64,000 bases of DNA from Octopus vulgaris (Eukaryota). The stretch lies in the NCBI GenBank assembly GCA_951406725.2, contig OX597835.1, forward strand, positions 20,708,001-20,772,000, written 5' to 3'. The translations under genes and the position numbers were made by a program. The notes beneath the pieces were generated by a model, which saw only the letters and a program-made list of their open reading frames with translations, did no database searches and was not told the origin of the DNA. This document shows, piece after piece, positions 1 through 14,010 of this stretch (positions are counted from its first letter, which is position 1; each line of letters opens with the position of its first letter).

Positions 1-404
1 ATATGTGTGTATGCATTTCTTGTGAATATTTTAATATGTTTCTGTGTGAGTTGTTCTCGCTTTATACATTTTAATGGCCGCCCACGTAGAACAATCTCTT
101 TGTTACACTCATTTCTTCCGTTTTCTCTTTCTCCTAACCCAAAGAAAGGCTAAAGCTGTAAACGTGGAGTGAGAAGACGCGGAAAAATATAATTTTTATC
201 ACTACGAATACTCCAGTTATCTCTTTTTGTATAAATATTCTTCAATGACGCATACCAAACTGGTTCTTCTGACACATATTTCGCGACATTTATTTGCAAT
301 TTCTGTTCTGACGAACTGCCGAATGTATGCATAGCTGACAACTGTGAAACTAAGAAACTTTGAATACATATTACTTTCTTGTAATACTCTAAATACAGAA
401 ACAC

Positions 405-670
405 GTACATATATATATATATATACATACATATACATACATACATACATATATACATATATATACATATATATATATATACATACATATATATACACAC
501 ATATATATACATACATATATACATATATACAGATACATACATATATACATATATACGGATACATACATATATACATATATACAGATACATACATATTAAC
601 ATATATACAGATACATACATATATACGTATATACATATACATATACATATATATATATATACATATATAC

Positions 671-745
<75 letters not shown>

Positions 746-758
746 CATACATATATAT

Positions 759-807
<49 letters not shown>

Positions 808-898
808 TATATACATATATACATATACATACATATATATATATACATATATACATATACATACATATATATATACATATATATATACATATATACAT

Positions 899-950
<52 letters not shown>

Positions 951-1100
951 GTACATATATATATATATATATATATACATACATACATATATACACATAG
1001 ATATATATACATACATAGATATATACATACACAGATAATTATATACACAAATATATATGCATACACATATATACATATATATATATATATACACACACAT
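405..1100. repeat. (TA)n/(TACA)n compound microsatellite
   Basis: Direct reading; it is the source of the spurious YI-rich ORFs. Similar tracts lie at about 6245-6710, 8010-8200, 20550-20870, 24300-24660, 33056-33480 and 59390-59810. Confidence 0.97.
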
Positions 1101-1736
1101 ACCTATTAGTTAGATAGATATAGATAGATAGATAAATGCATGCGTGTCTGAACATATATACACCTACCTACATACATAAATACTTTCATACACACATATA
1201 AACACATGCATATATTCACGTACTGTTTCTCCGTGAGGGCGATATTTTTTCACACCGGTAAATTTATGTTCGCCTTTCATTTGTGCTTCTTTTATATTCT
1301 TGTGAAGAACGGCTAAACCGTGCCCAAGATCACGGAGAAATCAATACAAAAGAAAACACAGACAACATACAGATATTATAGAATACTTAATTATAAATGC
1401 CATTTCATGCTTCATATGTAACATGATTTATCACCCACTCAATAAGAGTGAAAAGGCGAAGTAAATTTGCAACCGGAAGGAGGAAAGAAAGAGGCGAAGA
1501 AATGATAAAACAATACAGTTGCTGACAGGAAATAAACCTCAATCTGAATCAGAGGAGATAATCGTACTGAGATGTTTCTTTCCAACTTTAAATCTTTAAC
1601 ACTGTTAACAAGAATTTAGACGTCCCTTACCTTGCATGAGAATAAACCTATAGAGCGTTAGATAATCCGGTAATCTCAAAGAATAAGACAGGCTGCACTA
1701 TGCTATACGATCCCTTCGTTCTATACACAATGCTTG

Positions 1737-2205
1737 TTTCTTTTATTGCCCGCAAGGGGCTAAACATAGAGGGGACAAACAAGGACAGACATAGGTATTA
1801 AGTCGATTACATCGACCCCAGTGCGTAACTGGTACTTATTTAATCGACCCCCGAAAGGATGAAAGGCAAAGTCGACCTCGGCGGAACTTGAGCTCAGAAC
1901 GTAACGGCAGACGAAATACGGCTGAGCGTTTCGCCCGGCGCGCTAACGTTTCTGCCAGCTCACCGCCTTATACCTATTTCTTTATTACCCACAAGGGGCT
2001 AAACACAGAGGGGACAAACAAGGACAGATATAGGTATTAAGTCGATTACATCGACCCCAGTGCCTAACTGGTACTTAATTTGGCGACCCCGAAAGGATGA
2101 AAGGCAAAGTCGACCTCGGCGGAATTTGAGCTCAGAACGTAACGGCAGACGAAATACGGCTAAGCGTTTCGCCCGGCGTCCTAACGTTTCTGCCAACTAA
2201 CCGCC
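1737..2205 (-). mobile_element. Tandem dimer of SINE family A (tRNA-like head GGCGGCGAGCTGGCAGAAACGTTAGC..., core GCCTTTCATCCTTTCGGGGTCGAT)
   Basis: Two ~233-bp copies (1737-1967, 1971-2205) with a B-box-like GAGTTCAAATTCC (variant here). TCTATACACAAT at 1720-1731 and 2214-2225 is a probable TSD around the pair. Confidence 0.88.
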
Positions 2206-2299
2206 TTATACCGTCTATACACAATACTGGCTCGACTGTCCCCCATGAATGCTTGAAATATATCTGTTTTATATGCATGCATATAAAGTGTTCCACTTT

Positions 2300-2694
2300 G
2301 GGAAGCACTGTAGGAAGCACTCTGTCGGTTACGACGATGAGGGTTCCAGTTGATCCGAATCAACGGAACAGCCTGCTCGTGAAATTAACGTGTAAGTGGC
2401 TGAGCATTCCACAGACACGTGTACCCTTAACGTAGTTCTCGGGGATATTCAGCGTGACACAGAGAGTGACAAGGCCTGCCCTTTGAAATACAGGTACAAC
2501 AGAAACAGGAAGTAAGAATGAGAGAAAGTTGTGGTGAAAGAGTACAGCAGGGATCACCATCATCCCCTGCCGGAGCCTCGTTGAGCTTTAGGTGTTTTCG
2601 CTCAATAAACACTCACAACGCCCGGTCTGGGAATCGAAACCGCGATCCTATGACCGCGAGTCCGCTGCCCTAACCACTGGGCCATTGCGCCTCC
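2300..2694 (-). mobile_element. SINE family C (head GGAGGCGCAATGGCCCAGTGGTTAGGGCAGCGGACTC..., ~380 bp)
   Basis: tRNA-like A box and B box (GGTTTCGATTCC). TSD AAGTGTTCCACTTT at 2286-2299 and 2696-2709. Near-identical copies at 3376, 39918 and 63689. Confidence 0.9.
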
Positions 2695-3375
2695 GAAGTG
2701 TTCCACTTTATCTGATCAATAATACAGCTTGCTCATAGATTAAACTTGCAAGTGGCTGAGCACTCCACCGACACGGGTACCATTAACGTAATTCTCTGGG
2801 AGATTCGCCGTAACAGAGAGTGTGACAACGATGGCCCTATTGAGATACAGGCACTATTAAGTTTTGCCAGATAAGTGAAATGGAGCAAATCGAAATAAAG
2901 TATCTTGCTTAAAGTCACAACGCCCCCACTGGGAATGGAACTCGCGCTCTTTCGATCGCGAAACGAATACCCTAACCACTATGACACTCGCTTTCATATA
3001 AACACACACATGCACGCACACACAGACACATAGACACAAACACATGCACATAAACGATTAGAGGTTATGATAGTCACAATAATAATGATGGTGTCATCCA
3101 AGGGAATACTGGTTGAATACTCAATATTTTGGGAGAGTTAATTTCCTTAAAATAATGGTGCATTTATAAAAACCTATAGTTTATAATCATATAAAAGGCG
3201 AGAAAGAAAATGGAAATTAAGAAGTTAATAATTGTTTGTTATTAACAACAAATCAATCGTCATCCCTTATATTTGTTTCAATTATCACTCAGTGAATTAA
3301 TTAAATATTAAGTTCGTATGCCCTGAGCATAACAATCTTCAGAGTGAAAAATATTCCTTTGGATGTTTTATATGG

Positions 3376-3757
3376 GGAAGCACTCCGTCGGTTACGACGA
3401 CGAGGGTTCCGGTTGAACCGAATCAACGGAACAGCCTGCTCATGAAATTAACGTGTAAGTGGCTGAGCACTCCACAGACACGTGTAGCCTTAACGTAGTT
3501 CTCGGGGATATTCAGCGTGACACAGAGAGTGACAAGGCCGGCCCTTTGAAATACAGGTACAACAGAAACAGGAAGTAAGAGTGAGAGAAAGTTGTGGTGA
3601 AAGAGTACAGCAGGGATCACCACCATCCCCTGCCGGAGCCTCGTGGAGCTATAGGTGTTTTCGCTCAATAAACACTCACAACGCCCGGTCTGGGAGTCGA
3701 AACCGCGATCTTATGACCGCGAGCCCACTGCCCTAACCACTGGGCCATTGCGCTTCC
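3376..3757 (-). mobile_element. SINE family C
   Basis: Full-length homolog of 2300-2694. TSD GGATGTTTTATAT at 3361-3373 and 3763-3775. Confidence 0.9.
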
Positions 3758-3840
3758 ACACAGGATGTTTTATATATGTGCTTATGGATTCATTATAGCA
3801 GACTCATATGTGTGTGCGTGTGTGTATTCATATAGCAGAC

Positions 3841-3896
<56 letters not shown>

Positions 3897-4070
3897 AAGT
3901 TCGAAAACTCCACTAGAATGGGCGAAAGCGCTAATATATATGATATATGATATATGATATAAAAAAAAACATGTAATATACAAATAAATATCTGTAAATA
4001 TAAAACCATCCGAATTTCTGAGTACATCATTTCTTCTAATATAAAATACCGGTACATCATCTCCAAACCT

Positions 4071-4128
<58 letters not shown>

Positions 4129-4293
4129 AAAGATAAATGCGATACAATAACATTAATTATAATCGCCGGTGTACCAGTAGACGCCATATATTGTTCATAT
4201 ATCATTACATTCAAGGCGAAGAGTGCACTAGATACACAATAGCTGGATAAATTTAGTGAGATGAAAATTAAAAACTTTTACAAACTTAGCTTT

Positions 4294-4366
4294 TCTTATA
4301 CTGCAGTTTCGCCAAATTCAGTAATAAAAATAATATTTATTTACTCAGGCTGGCTCTTCAGTAAGA
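4294..4366 (-). ncRNA. Type I hammerhead ribozyme (copy 1)
   Basis: Minus strand: UCUUA-CUGAAGA-GCCA...UGGC-GAAA-CUGCAG-UA-UAAGA. Canonical core, 5-bp stem I, G10.1-C11.1 stem II, palindromic stem III, GUA cleavage triplet. Confidence 0.85.
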
Positions 4367-4697
4367 TTCCTGTTAATGATGGGAAGACCATATTAATAGA
4401 CCCATGTGCGTCTATTGAAATGCTCTTTCTAAACTATTCAAAACACTGCGCAGACTCAGAACAAACCCGACAAAATAGGGGATTGTGGTATATCGTCTAA
4501 CGGTCAGAAATTTATCGAGGGAATATGTAAACAGAGATTAATGCGATACAATAAAATTAATTATAATCGCTGGTGTACCAGTACACGCCATATATTGTTC
4601 ATATATCATTACATTCAAGGCGAAGAGTGCACTAGATACACAATAACTGGATAAATTTAGTGAGATGAAAATTAAAAACTTTTACAAACTTAGCTTT

Positions 4698-4770
4698 TCT
4701 TATACTGCAGTTTCGCCAAATTCAGTAATAAAAATAATATTTATTTACTCAGGCTGGCTCTTCAGTAAGA
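4698..4770 (-). ncRNA. Type I hammerhead ribozyme (copy 2)
   Basis: Same motif as 4294-4366, 404 bp away. Confidence 0.85.
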
Positions 4771-4791
4771 TTCCTGTTAATGATGGGAAGA

Positions 4792-4836
<45 letters not shown>

Positions 4837-4935
4837 GGTCCCGGGTTCAGTCGGGGTTAACCACAGTAAATAAGGTACTCAATACATAGCATTTGAATGA
4901 AACAGTTCTAGTCCTGTAGAAGCTCCTTCTATAAA

Positions 4936-4983
<48 letters not shown>

Positions 4984-5037
4984 GAAATATTAAAATAACT
5001 AAGTCTCTCTAAAAGAGAACAGCGGCAGCGTTCCCGG

Positions 5038-5283
5038 AAAATAATAGTTATCGCCATACTAATATGGCATTCTTATAAAAATAAGAAAAAAAGCTGTCCG
5101 CTTATTAGCTCCATGAGGCCATCGCCTTAAGTTAGCTATTTGATACACAAACTGTTCGAAGGTTATATGGATACAGTTTGTGTATCAAATAGCTAACTTA
5201 AGGCGATGGCCTCATGGAGCTAATAAGCGGGCAGCTTTTTTCTTATTTTTATAAGAATGCCATATTAGTATGGCGATAACTAT

Positions 5284-5289
<6 letters not shown>
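5038..5289. repeat. Foldback inverted repeat (~118-bp arms, 17-nt loop) ending at (TA)n
   Basis: 5038-5155 is the near-perfect reverse complement of 5173-5289. Confidence 0.92.
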
Positions 5290-5353
<64 letters not shown>

Positions 5354-5669
5354 AAGTTCGAATTCAGTTCCACTCCATGGTACATTCGGTTGACCAAGCG
5401 TGACGAAATCCATCATATATGTATATAATTACATGTGTGTGAAATTGTACTTAGGTGTATTGCCTGCAACCACATGAAAACCGGTCTTGGTGTGTTTACA
5501 TCCCTGCACTTTAGCGGTTCGATACAAAGAGATAAGTACAGGCTCAAAAGATTAAGTAATGGAGGTCAATTCATTAGACTGAAATCCTCAGGGCGGTGTC
5601 CCACCATGACCACCGTGTATTGACTGGAGTAAGTAAAATATAATGCACAGATATATGTGTGTGTATTTT

Positions 5670-6041
5670 ACTAGCTTCAGTCATTCGACTGTTGCCATGC
5701 TGGAGCACAATCTTGAAGAGCTTAGTCAAACATATCGGCCCAAGAACTTATGGCTTTCAAGTCTAGTTCATATTCTGTCGATTTCTTTTGCCGAAACACA
5801 CTAAGTTACGGGACATAAACACACCAGCACAGGTTGTCAAGAGGTGATGGGGGACACACATATATATATATATACATATATGTACGACATTCTTCTTTCA
5901 GTTTTCGTCTTCCAAATCCCCTCACAAGGCCTTGGTCAGTACGAGGCTACACAGAAAGACATTTGCCCAAGCTGCAATGCTCTGGGACTGAACGCAAAAC
6001 CACATCATTGAGGAGCGATTTTCTTACCACATTGCTACGCC
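5670..6041 (-). mobile_element. Diverged SINE family B copy (an inverted 3' fragment lies at ~5410-5635)
   Basis: Homologous to 26487-26925 (CAGTCATT...GCCATGCTGGAGCAC, CAAATCC.CTCACAAGGC). Confidence 0.7.
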
Positions 6042-6241
6042 TAATCGACACAAATTGGTGAAGATCAGAAAGCCATTGTCTTAGATATTTGAATGCCTGA
6101 ACACGAAAGAAGCAAGAAAAAAGTGAGGTCATTCCTTTGTTAACTAAAGAACATTAACAAAGAATATTAGGTAGGAATATACTATGAAGTATTGCTCATT
6201 ATTCTATTTATGTACGCATACACATGCAATATGTATGTGCA

Positions 6242-6337
<96 letters not shown>

Positions 6338-6372
6338 ATATATATATATATATATGCATATATATATATATA

Positions 6373-6419
<47 letters not shown>

Positions 6420-6432
6420 GTATGTATATATG

Positions 6433-6463
<31 letters not shown>

Positions 6464-6546
6464 GTATGTATATGTGTATGTATATATATATGTATATCTA
6501 TATATATGTATTCATGTATGTATATATATATATGTATATATATGTA

Positions 6547-6586
<40 letters not shown>

Positions 6587-6956
6587 AATATTCATATAAA
6601 TATATATAAATATATATATATATAAATATTCATATACATATATGTATGTATATATATATATATATATATATATAAATATATATATATTCATATACATATA
6701 TGTATATATATTTTTTTCATATACATATGGGAATATGCTCATAAATTTCTTAAAGATTGCGTAACTTTCTTTTTCTGGAGATCAGTCTATTTCTAGTGAA
6801 ATTAGAAAAATTGCTGAGTTGATAGATAGCAGGTCATTGTTGCCTTTAGATTTGGGAATTGAAACAATTTGGTTTTATTTATGTGAGAAGGCTTGCGGCC
6901 GTATACTAATGTAGAAAGTTAGGTAGGCTGACTGATAAACAGGCAGGCAGGCAGGC

Positions 6957-7511
<555 letters not shown>

Positions 7512-7814
7512 GAAATCGTATGCGAACATGTGAACTTACTATCAATCAGTCTTGTGTTTTAGATTTATGTATTAATGTAATCATTTCCCTCAAAACTCAA
7601 TATCGTTTGCAATGACATCTACTGTCAAGAAACTGCACAGGCGTGCGATCTACATTCCTACGTATGCACAAACACAGACAAATATGTATGTATATTTGCG
7701 CGTGTGCGTCTGTATGTGTGTGCGTGTGAGTGTGTGTGTGTATGTATGCACGTATGTAGGTACATACATATGTATGTATGCACGCTCACACATACGTACA
7801 TCGACACAGACGAG

Positions 7815-7846
<32 letters not shown>

Positions 7847-7997
7847 AGATCAACGCTTGCAGTAGAAATGTAAATTCGTTTATTACATGAATTTTTCTGT
7901 GGGTATAATATACACACTCATAATAGCATATTTATATGTATGTAATCATGCATGTATGCATGTAGATACATACATTTATATATGTCTGTGTACTTAT

Positions 7998-8199
<202 letters not shown>

Positions 8200-9590
8200 C
8201 ATATATAGACAGATATATGCACTTATATATATATGCCCGCGGAGAAATCATGTAATAAGCAAATTTAAATTTCTTCTCTACGAATTTCTCCTATGTTTTC
8301 CCCTATACTTACAGAGTTACCTAATTTGCGTAATCACGCACTGAAGCAACTGTATATAGAGAGGCAGTAATCGTCAGAATATTATTTTGTATTGATTTGT
8401 TTCTCATTTAGAAGAAATATACTGAACAATATTTGTGTTAGAAACGATTTTATATTTTTTTTAAAACTGACTTTTTTGTTCTTTTAAAATTTTGTCTGTA
8501 TTTAAAGGATTTGCGATTACACACTGGCAATTTTTTTTTTTTTTTATATACTTTCAGCAAAAGTTCAATAACTATTTAGACTGAAAAGAGAATGGAAGGA
8601 GAGAGTTTTTGAAGACGTCATGCTCTATGTTTATGCGCATCGTAAGTAGTGTTTCCTAAGGTTCTTCGGGCGTTTCGTGTCTTCCAATCAAAAAATCCCT
8701 CACCTGGCAATCTTGTGAATGTTGAACAAATCCCTGCTCGATTCCAATTCGCAGTGCACCATGTGGCATTATCTATTCCCGAGTTCACACCAAGTATTTC
8801 ATACCCGCCAACTTTGGACGACCTCAGCTGCTTCTATAACCAATATAAAAATCAACGGCAGACTTCATCCGTCGCTCGGTTTAACACCACAAGTTGGTCC
8901 GGGTTTGACTTTTGCGGTGATCACGTATTCATAAAATAGAAGTAAGGTTGTCAGCTGGGGCCTATATGGCTCTTGGGGTAGAGATACATATAGGATTTTG
9001 TTGTTAAAATTGATCAGTAATACGGCGTGAGCCGAGAGAATCTTTCACACACCGAGCGAGAGGCTAAGCAATATTTTGCCCGTCTTTATTTTCTGAGTTC
9101 AAATTCCATCGAAGTCAACTTCGCATTTTATATTTCCGGATCGATAACAAAAGTACCAGTTGAGGTACTGTGTCCGATGTGATCGACTTTTCTTCTATCC
9201 TGAACTTGCTGGTCTTGTGCCAAAATGTAGAATCAATATTTGTGATAAATTGGTTAATACTTTTACAATGCACAAAATATTCTAACAATATTTTTATACT
9301 TTTCTAATAACATTTGAGTATAAAAATATAAGAAGACTTTTAGACATGGAATAGCTATGGGGATCCAATTGAGTAAAATTATAAATGGTATAGAAATACT
9401 ACGGTGTGAAAATACGCGTTTCCTCTCCTCCATGTACTTACGGAGAGTTTAAACAACCAGAGTCATGGATGCTGCATATGCATACCTCACCGAAGTTTCA
9501 TTGTCAAAAATAATAACGACATTAATTATAAGAAAATAACTGGAAAATGTATTAATATCACAAGTTTTATAGTGGTGGTTTATTTCTAAA

Positions 9591-10077
9591 CTAGCAGTAT
9601 TGCCCGGCTTTGCAAAATGGTCACATTTAATTCAAAGCGTTAAAAATGTTATGAAAACAATTGGTATGTGTTCACAAAGTCCAAACGATTAATACGAAAA
9701 AACCCTCCAGGCTACATCCCGAAAACTCATTTCTTAGTCGAATTTCTACAATGTTTACGGCGATTCGTTTTTATATCTTCATTTTTTTATTTTTCATGCA
9801 ATTTATGCATGCTTACACGCGTTGTGAACACAGTTCACGTCAAACAGCTGAGTGAGTAAAATTCACTATTCAATGCATGGGATAAGGCCTAAACAAACAC
9901 ATTATCGATTTTTGCACTTGCGAGATGAATTTCGGAACTGAAATAGCGCAGTTCAATTTTCATTCGCCTAAACTTTAAGTGACCCATTTATGGTGGTTCT
10001 ACGATTTTTTTGGCTAGAAGGAGATGTGCCGGGAAGTTAAACACACAGACACACAAGTTGAGTTTTATATATATAGA
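9591..10077 (-). mobile_element. Non-autonomous Helitron-like element
   Basis: On the minus strand it begins A|TC(TATATATATAAAA) and ends in a GC-rich subterminal segment plus CTAG|T. There is no TSD. Termini are shared with 56555-57689 (CTAGCAGTAT.GCCCGGC.TTGC ... ACAGACACACAA.TT.A.TTTTATATATA.AGAT). Confidence 0.65.
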
Positions 10078-10749
10078 TGTTTAGTATTTCGGAATAGGTG
10101 ATGTATGAAACTTCTAGAAGTAGAAAACAGTGTTCAATGATGCATGACCAACAGATTTACCTTAAGTAATGCCCTGAAAATCAGTCTATCCTTCAGAAAA
10201 ATACAAAGTGGACAGATTTTATATTTGTGCCAAGTGGTGTCTCAAGAAATGGAATGCCGTTTATAAACTGTTAAAAACTCTGTTTTAGGGTCATTTAATA
10301 TACGTTAAATTCCATTGGTATACGTTATGACAAATTTAATCGTCAAGACTAGATTGAGCAATTGCCCATAACAGAGATAATGTTTAGCTGTTTATATCCA
10401 TCACAACGTATTGTTAATTTACTGTATTGCAGCCGGAGAGATGAAAGGGAGACGCTTTTTCTTCTTCTTTACTTTTTACTCGGGACATAACAAGATATAA
10501 CTAATTGCCTTGAAGTAATTTTTTCTCTCGTCCTATTCATACAATCAATTTACCGTTCTTATCACAGTGTTAGTGTAATATATTTCTGGCTTTGCGGTAG
10601 ATTTCTTGAAGACTGGGAAAATTGCGTCGTCACGGAGCTGTTGATATCAGTTCTAATATTAACCAATTTATTACAGATAAATATTGGTTACAAATTTTGG
10701 CACAATGCCGGCAATTTCGGAGAAGGGTGTAAATCGATTACAGCTCGCA

Positions 10750-11125
10750 AGGCGGCGAGCTGGCAGAATCGTTAGCACGCCAGCCGGAATGCCTAGCGGT
10801 ATTTCGGCTGCTGTTACGTTCTGAGTTCAAATTCTGCCGAGGTCGACTTTGCCATTCATCCTTTCAGGGTCGATAAGTTAAGTACCAGTTACACACTGGG
10901 GTCGATATAATCGACTTAATCCGTTTGTCTGTCCTTGTTTGTCCCCTCTGTGTTTAGCCCCTTGTGGGTAGTAAAGAAACAGATTACAGCGACCCCAGTG
11001 CACAACTGGTACCTATTTTACCGACCCCGGAATGATGAAAAGAAATGTTGACCCGGGTGGAATTTGAACTCAGAATGTAATGACGGACAAAATGCCGCTA
11101 AGCATTTCGTCCAGCTCGCCGCCTT
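10750..11125 (+). mobile_element. SINE family A (10750-10979, +) abutting an older inverted copy (10982-11125, -)
   Basis: Homology to other family A copies. Confidence 0.85.
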
Positions 11126-11276
11126 AGTATCAGTACCAATACTGGTTTCAAACTTTAATATAAGGTCGGCAATTTCTGAGAAGGAGTAAAGTCGATTGCA
11201 TTGATCCCAGTGATCGATTGGTTCTTAATTTATCGACTCCGAAAAGATTTAAAAGCATACACAAAATTTCCTTACA

Positions 11277-11498
11277 TAAAGTATACTGTTCAAAGTGTGC
11301 TTTCAGAATCTTGATACTAGAAGCTATGCAGTAGGATCGACCCTGCAAACTTCTGTTTTGCGAAACTTGTACCTTCTTATTAATAGACAGAATGGTAAAG
11401 ATTTGTGGAATAGAGTTTTACGACAAATGAATGATTTGAGTGTGATTTTGCTGCGATTACTAAGTCGATTTACTATGTTGAACTCCTTCTATAGACTC
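11277..11498 (+). repeat. Left arm of a ~220-bp inverted repeat pair (partner 13280-13501)
   Basis: Reverse-complement match with scattered substitutions. The ORF track shows near-identical peptides on opposite strands (MCFQNLDTRSYAVG...). Confidence 0.9.
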
Positions 11499-11833
11499 AA
11501 AGGAACGTCACCGAAAACACAAAAAATAAAAATTGATACAAATAAGGTAGTTATATATGCTATAGAGTAAGTTCTAAAACTGCCATCAACAGAAATGTCG
11601 AAGCAATTAATATACAACGTTCTGTTTGGTGGTTGTTAAAATCTAAAGACAACTAAGAAGGGAGGTAAATCTAATAACATCAGTTAACCAAAACATTTGA
11701 TAACATCCACAATGCAGCTTGTAGATTTCATGAAGTTTACAGCTAAGAGGACGCTTAATAAAACCGAAACAGCTTGGTTTTTTTTTTCTATCACAAGTCG
11801 TTTCTACATTCTACTGCATATATATATATATAT

Positions 11834-11893
11834 ATGCTGACGAAGGCTACAGATAACCTTGCGGATAATAATAGCCGAAACTGATCAGTACAT
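11834..11893 (+). ncRNA. Type I hammerhead ribozyme at the 5' end of a (TA)n-embedded element (~11834-12140)
   Basis: AUG-CUGACGA-A-GGCUA...UAGCC-GAAA-CUGAUCAG-UA-CAU. Palindromic stem III (ACUGAUCAGU), GUA site. Confidence 0.8.
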
Positions 11894-12132
11894 GGATAAG
11901 TATTGTATTTCGTATATTTTCCCTTGTTTATTGCTTGGGTTTGTGATGAGTTTGATTTGAGAACATAATCTTTTGTGGAGAATGGCGATTTGACGTCTAT
12001 ATCTAGCATATTGACTGTCCACTTTTCGTGTTCAGTCCTTAATTGGTATATATAAATATTTAATCTTCGGATTCTTTTTTTATATATGCTAGACCACTGG
12101 TTTTAATTGATAAATATTGATTTCTACCCTTA

Positions 12133-12176
<44 letters not shown>

Positions 12177-12259
12177 AATATATGTTCATTTAAAGATAGT
12201 AGGCCCCTTAATCTCACTATATAAAACAGAATTTTTATTTTAAATACCTACTGCTTTAT

Positions 12260-12363
12260 AGGTACATTTCATTTCGTGTTTCATGAGGTACATTTCCCGG
12301 TTCCTAAACCACTCCGTGTTTTGCTGGAACTCTTCTTAAAATGTAACCCCAATCATCAGGCCC
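12260..12363 (-). ncRNA. Hammerhead-like motif with a long stem II (weak stem I)
   Basis: CUGAUGA-U-UGGGG-U-UACAUUU..GUUCC..GGAAC..AAAUGUA-CCUCA-U-GAAACA..UGUA. It lies in an insert between (TA)n tracts (12175-12557). Confidence 0.55.
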
Positions 12364-12554
12364 TTATATCACTTTATCATCGTTCAATACTATAAACTAT
12401 ATTTTAATTTTTTTAAACCCATGAGTATGTGTAAAATAGGTACGTGTAAATTAGGTTCGCTGGATCCTACAGTACAAGCCATAATTCAGATAAAAATTCA
12501 AATAAAAAATTACAAATATAAGATAAGAAGTAAAAATGCGAAAAATGGTATATA

Positions 12555-12590
<36 letters not shown>

Positions 12591-13279
12591 TATTTATATT
12601 AAAAGCTCATTGCAGTTATCTCCCTTGTCGCTTTAGAAATTTAAAGACTCTTTGAGCAAGTGTTTGTCACTAGTAGCTTAAACTTAGTTGATCAAACTTT
12701 TTCAATCACTATATTTACATATGTGAGACACTAACGTGTGTACATTTCGTATGCAGAACGCTTCCCTGAGGCAATTCTCCCTCAGCTATATTCTTCGCAA
12801 CTATATACCTCAAGGCACTTTTTTTGTGTTTTTTTTTTTTTGCATTTTGTTTTTGATTTTTTCTATCAGCCTGTCAATGGAAATAACACATCACTAAACA
12901 ACTAATGCATATCACAACCTTTACATCAGATTCCTTGTTTATATGACCAATGATGTTTGCAAAACATATTCCTGTCTGAAAAGAGACTTTTGTCAAGCCG
13001 TCTACAGATCTCTGCCATCTCCAAGAAGTAAAGTAAAAAAAAAATCAATTAACTTCCATCTCTATAGCAAACGAAATTTGATCTGAAAGTTATTTCTTTT
13101 TTCCATTACACAGGAAAAAAAAAAACTAATATATTTTTAAAACTCATAAGAATACAAATTCTCAAATTATGCAATCGAAAGTGCAAACATATATACATGT
13201 ACCGAGAGACTTACATGCGCGCAACCATATTCAAACACAGGTTGTTATATAAACAGTACTGACAACTAACATATATTGA

Positions 13280-13501
13280 CGAGTCTATGGAAGGAGTTCA
13301 ACATGGTAAATCGACTTAGTAATCGCAGCGAAATCACACTCAAATCACTCATTTGTCGTAAAACTCTATTCCACAAGTCTTTACCATTCTGTCTATTCAT
13401 AAGAAGGTACAAGTTTCGCAAAGCAGATATTTGCAGGGTCGATCCTACTGCATAGCTTCTAGTATCAAGATTCTGAAAGCACACTTCGAACCGTATACTT
13501 T
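13280..13501 (-). repeat. Right arm of the inverted repeat pair (partner 11277-11498)
   Basis: Reverse-complement match. It directly abuts the ND1 NUMT. Confidence 0.9.
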
Positions 13502-14010
13502 AGTTAATTATTTTCCTTTTTTGGTTCCTCCATTTTTAAGTTTGTTTTTTGCTTTATTTTTGTGGATATTATATAATGGTTATTTTTTTTGTTGGGATAG
13601 GTGGGATAAGAATGATGATGTTTTTGTGTATTTCTAGAATTGGTGTTTATTGTGTTATGGGGGCTGGTTGATTTTCTAATTCTAAGTATTCTTTGTTAGG
13701 GTCTGTTCGTGCAGTTGCTCAAAGAATTTCTTATGAGGTTAGGATATCTTTGATTTTAATGAGTTGTTTATTGTTGGTGGGAAGAATTAGTTTAGTAATT
13801 TTTAGTATTATACTAAATTTTGTTAATTTTTTTATATTTATAATGTGGGTTGTATCGATGATTGCGGAGACTCATCGAGCCCCTTTTGATTTTGCTGAAG
13901 GGGAATCAGAATTGGTTTCTGGTTTTAATGTTGAGTATGGAGGAGTAGGTTTAGCTTTATTATTTATGGCTGAGTATAGGAATATTTTATTTATGAGATT
14001 TTTATGTGGA
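13499..14010 (+). pseudogene. ND1: NUMT: internal fragment of mitochondrial NADH dehydrogenase subunit 1
   Basis: ND1 motifs GW(TGA)FSNSKYSLLGSVRAVAQSISYE and AETHRAPFDFAEGESELVSGFNVEY. It reads through only in the invertebrate mitochondrial code (TGA=W, AGA/AGG=S). It is truncated at both ends, with a frameshift in the T-run near 13583-13590. Confidence 0.93.

Larger units (their letters stand above)
4124..4797 (-). mobile_element. HHR-bearing tandem element (retrozyme or Penelope pseudo-LTR-like), 404-bp period, inserted in (TA)n
   Basis: ~270-bp direct repeats 4124-4393 and 4528-4797 (offset 404), each containing a hammerhead motif. Flanked by (TA)n on both sides. Confidence 0.8.

Noticed and set aside
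305-360. CTGACGA...GAAAC hammerhead-like motif
   Set aside because: No NUH or stem III and poor stems. At best a decayed copy; not counted.
8640-8990. More GC-rich island with short ORFs
   Set aside because: No identifiable domain, termini or second copy in the window.
11735-11778. CTAAGAGG...CCGAAACAGCT motif
   Set aside because: The core lacks G5 and the stems cannot be built.
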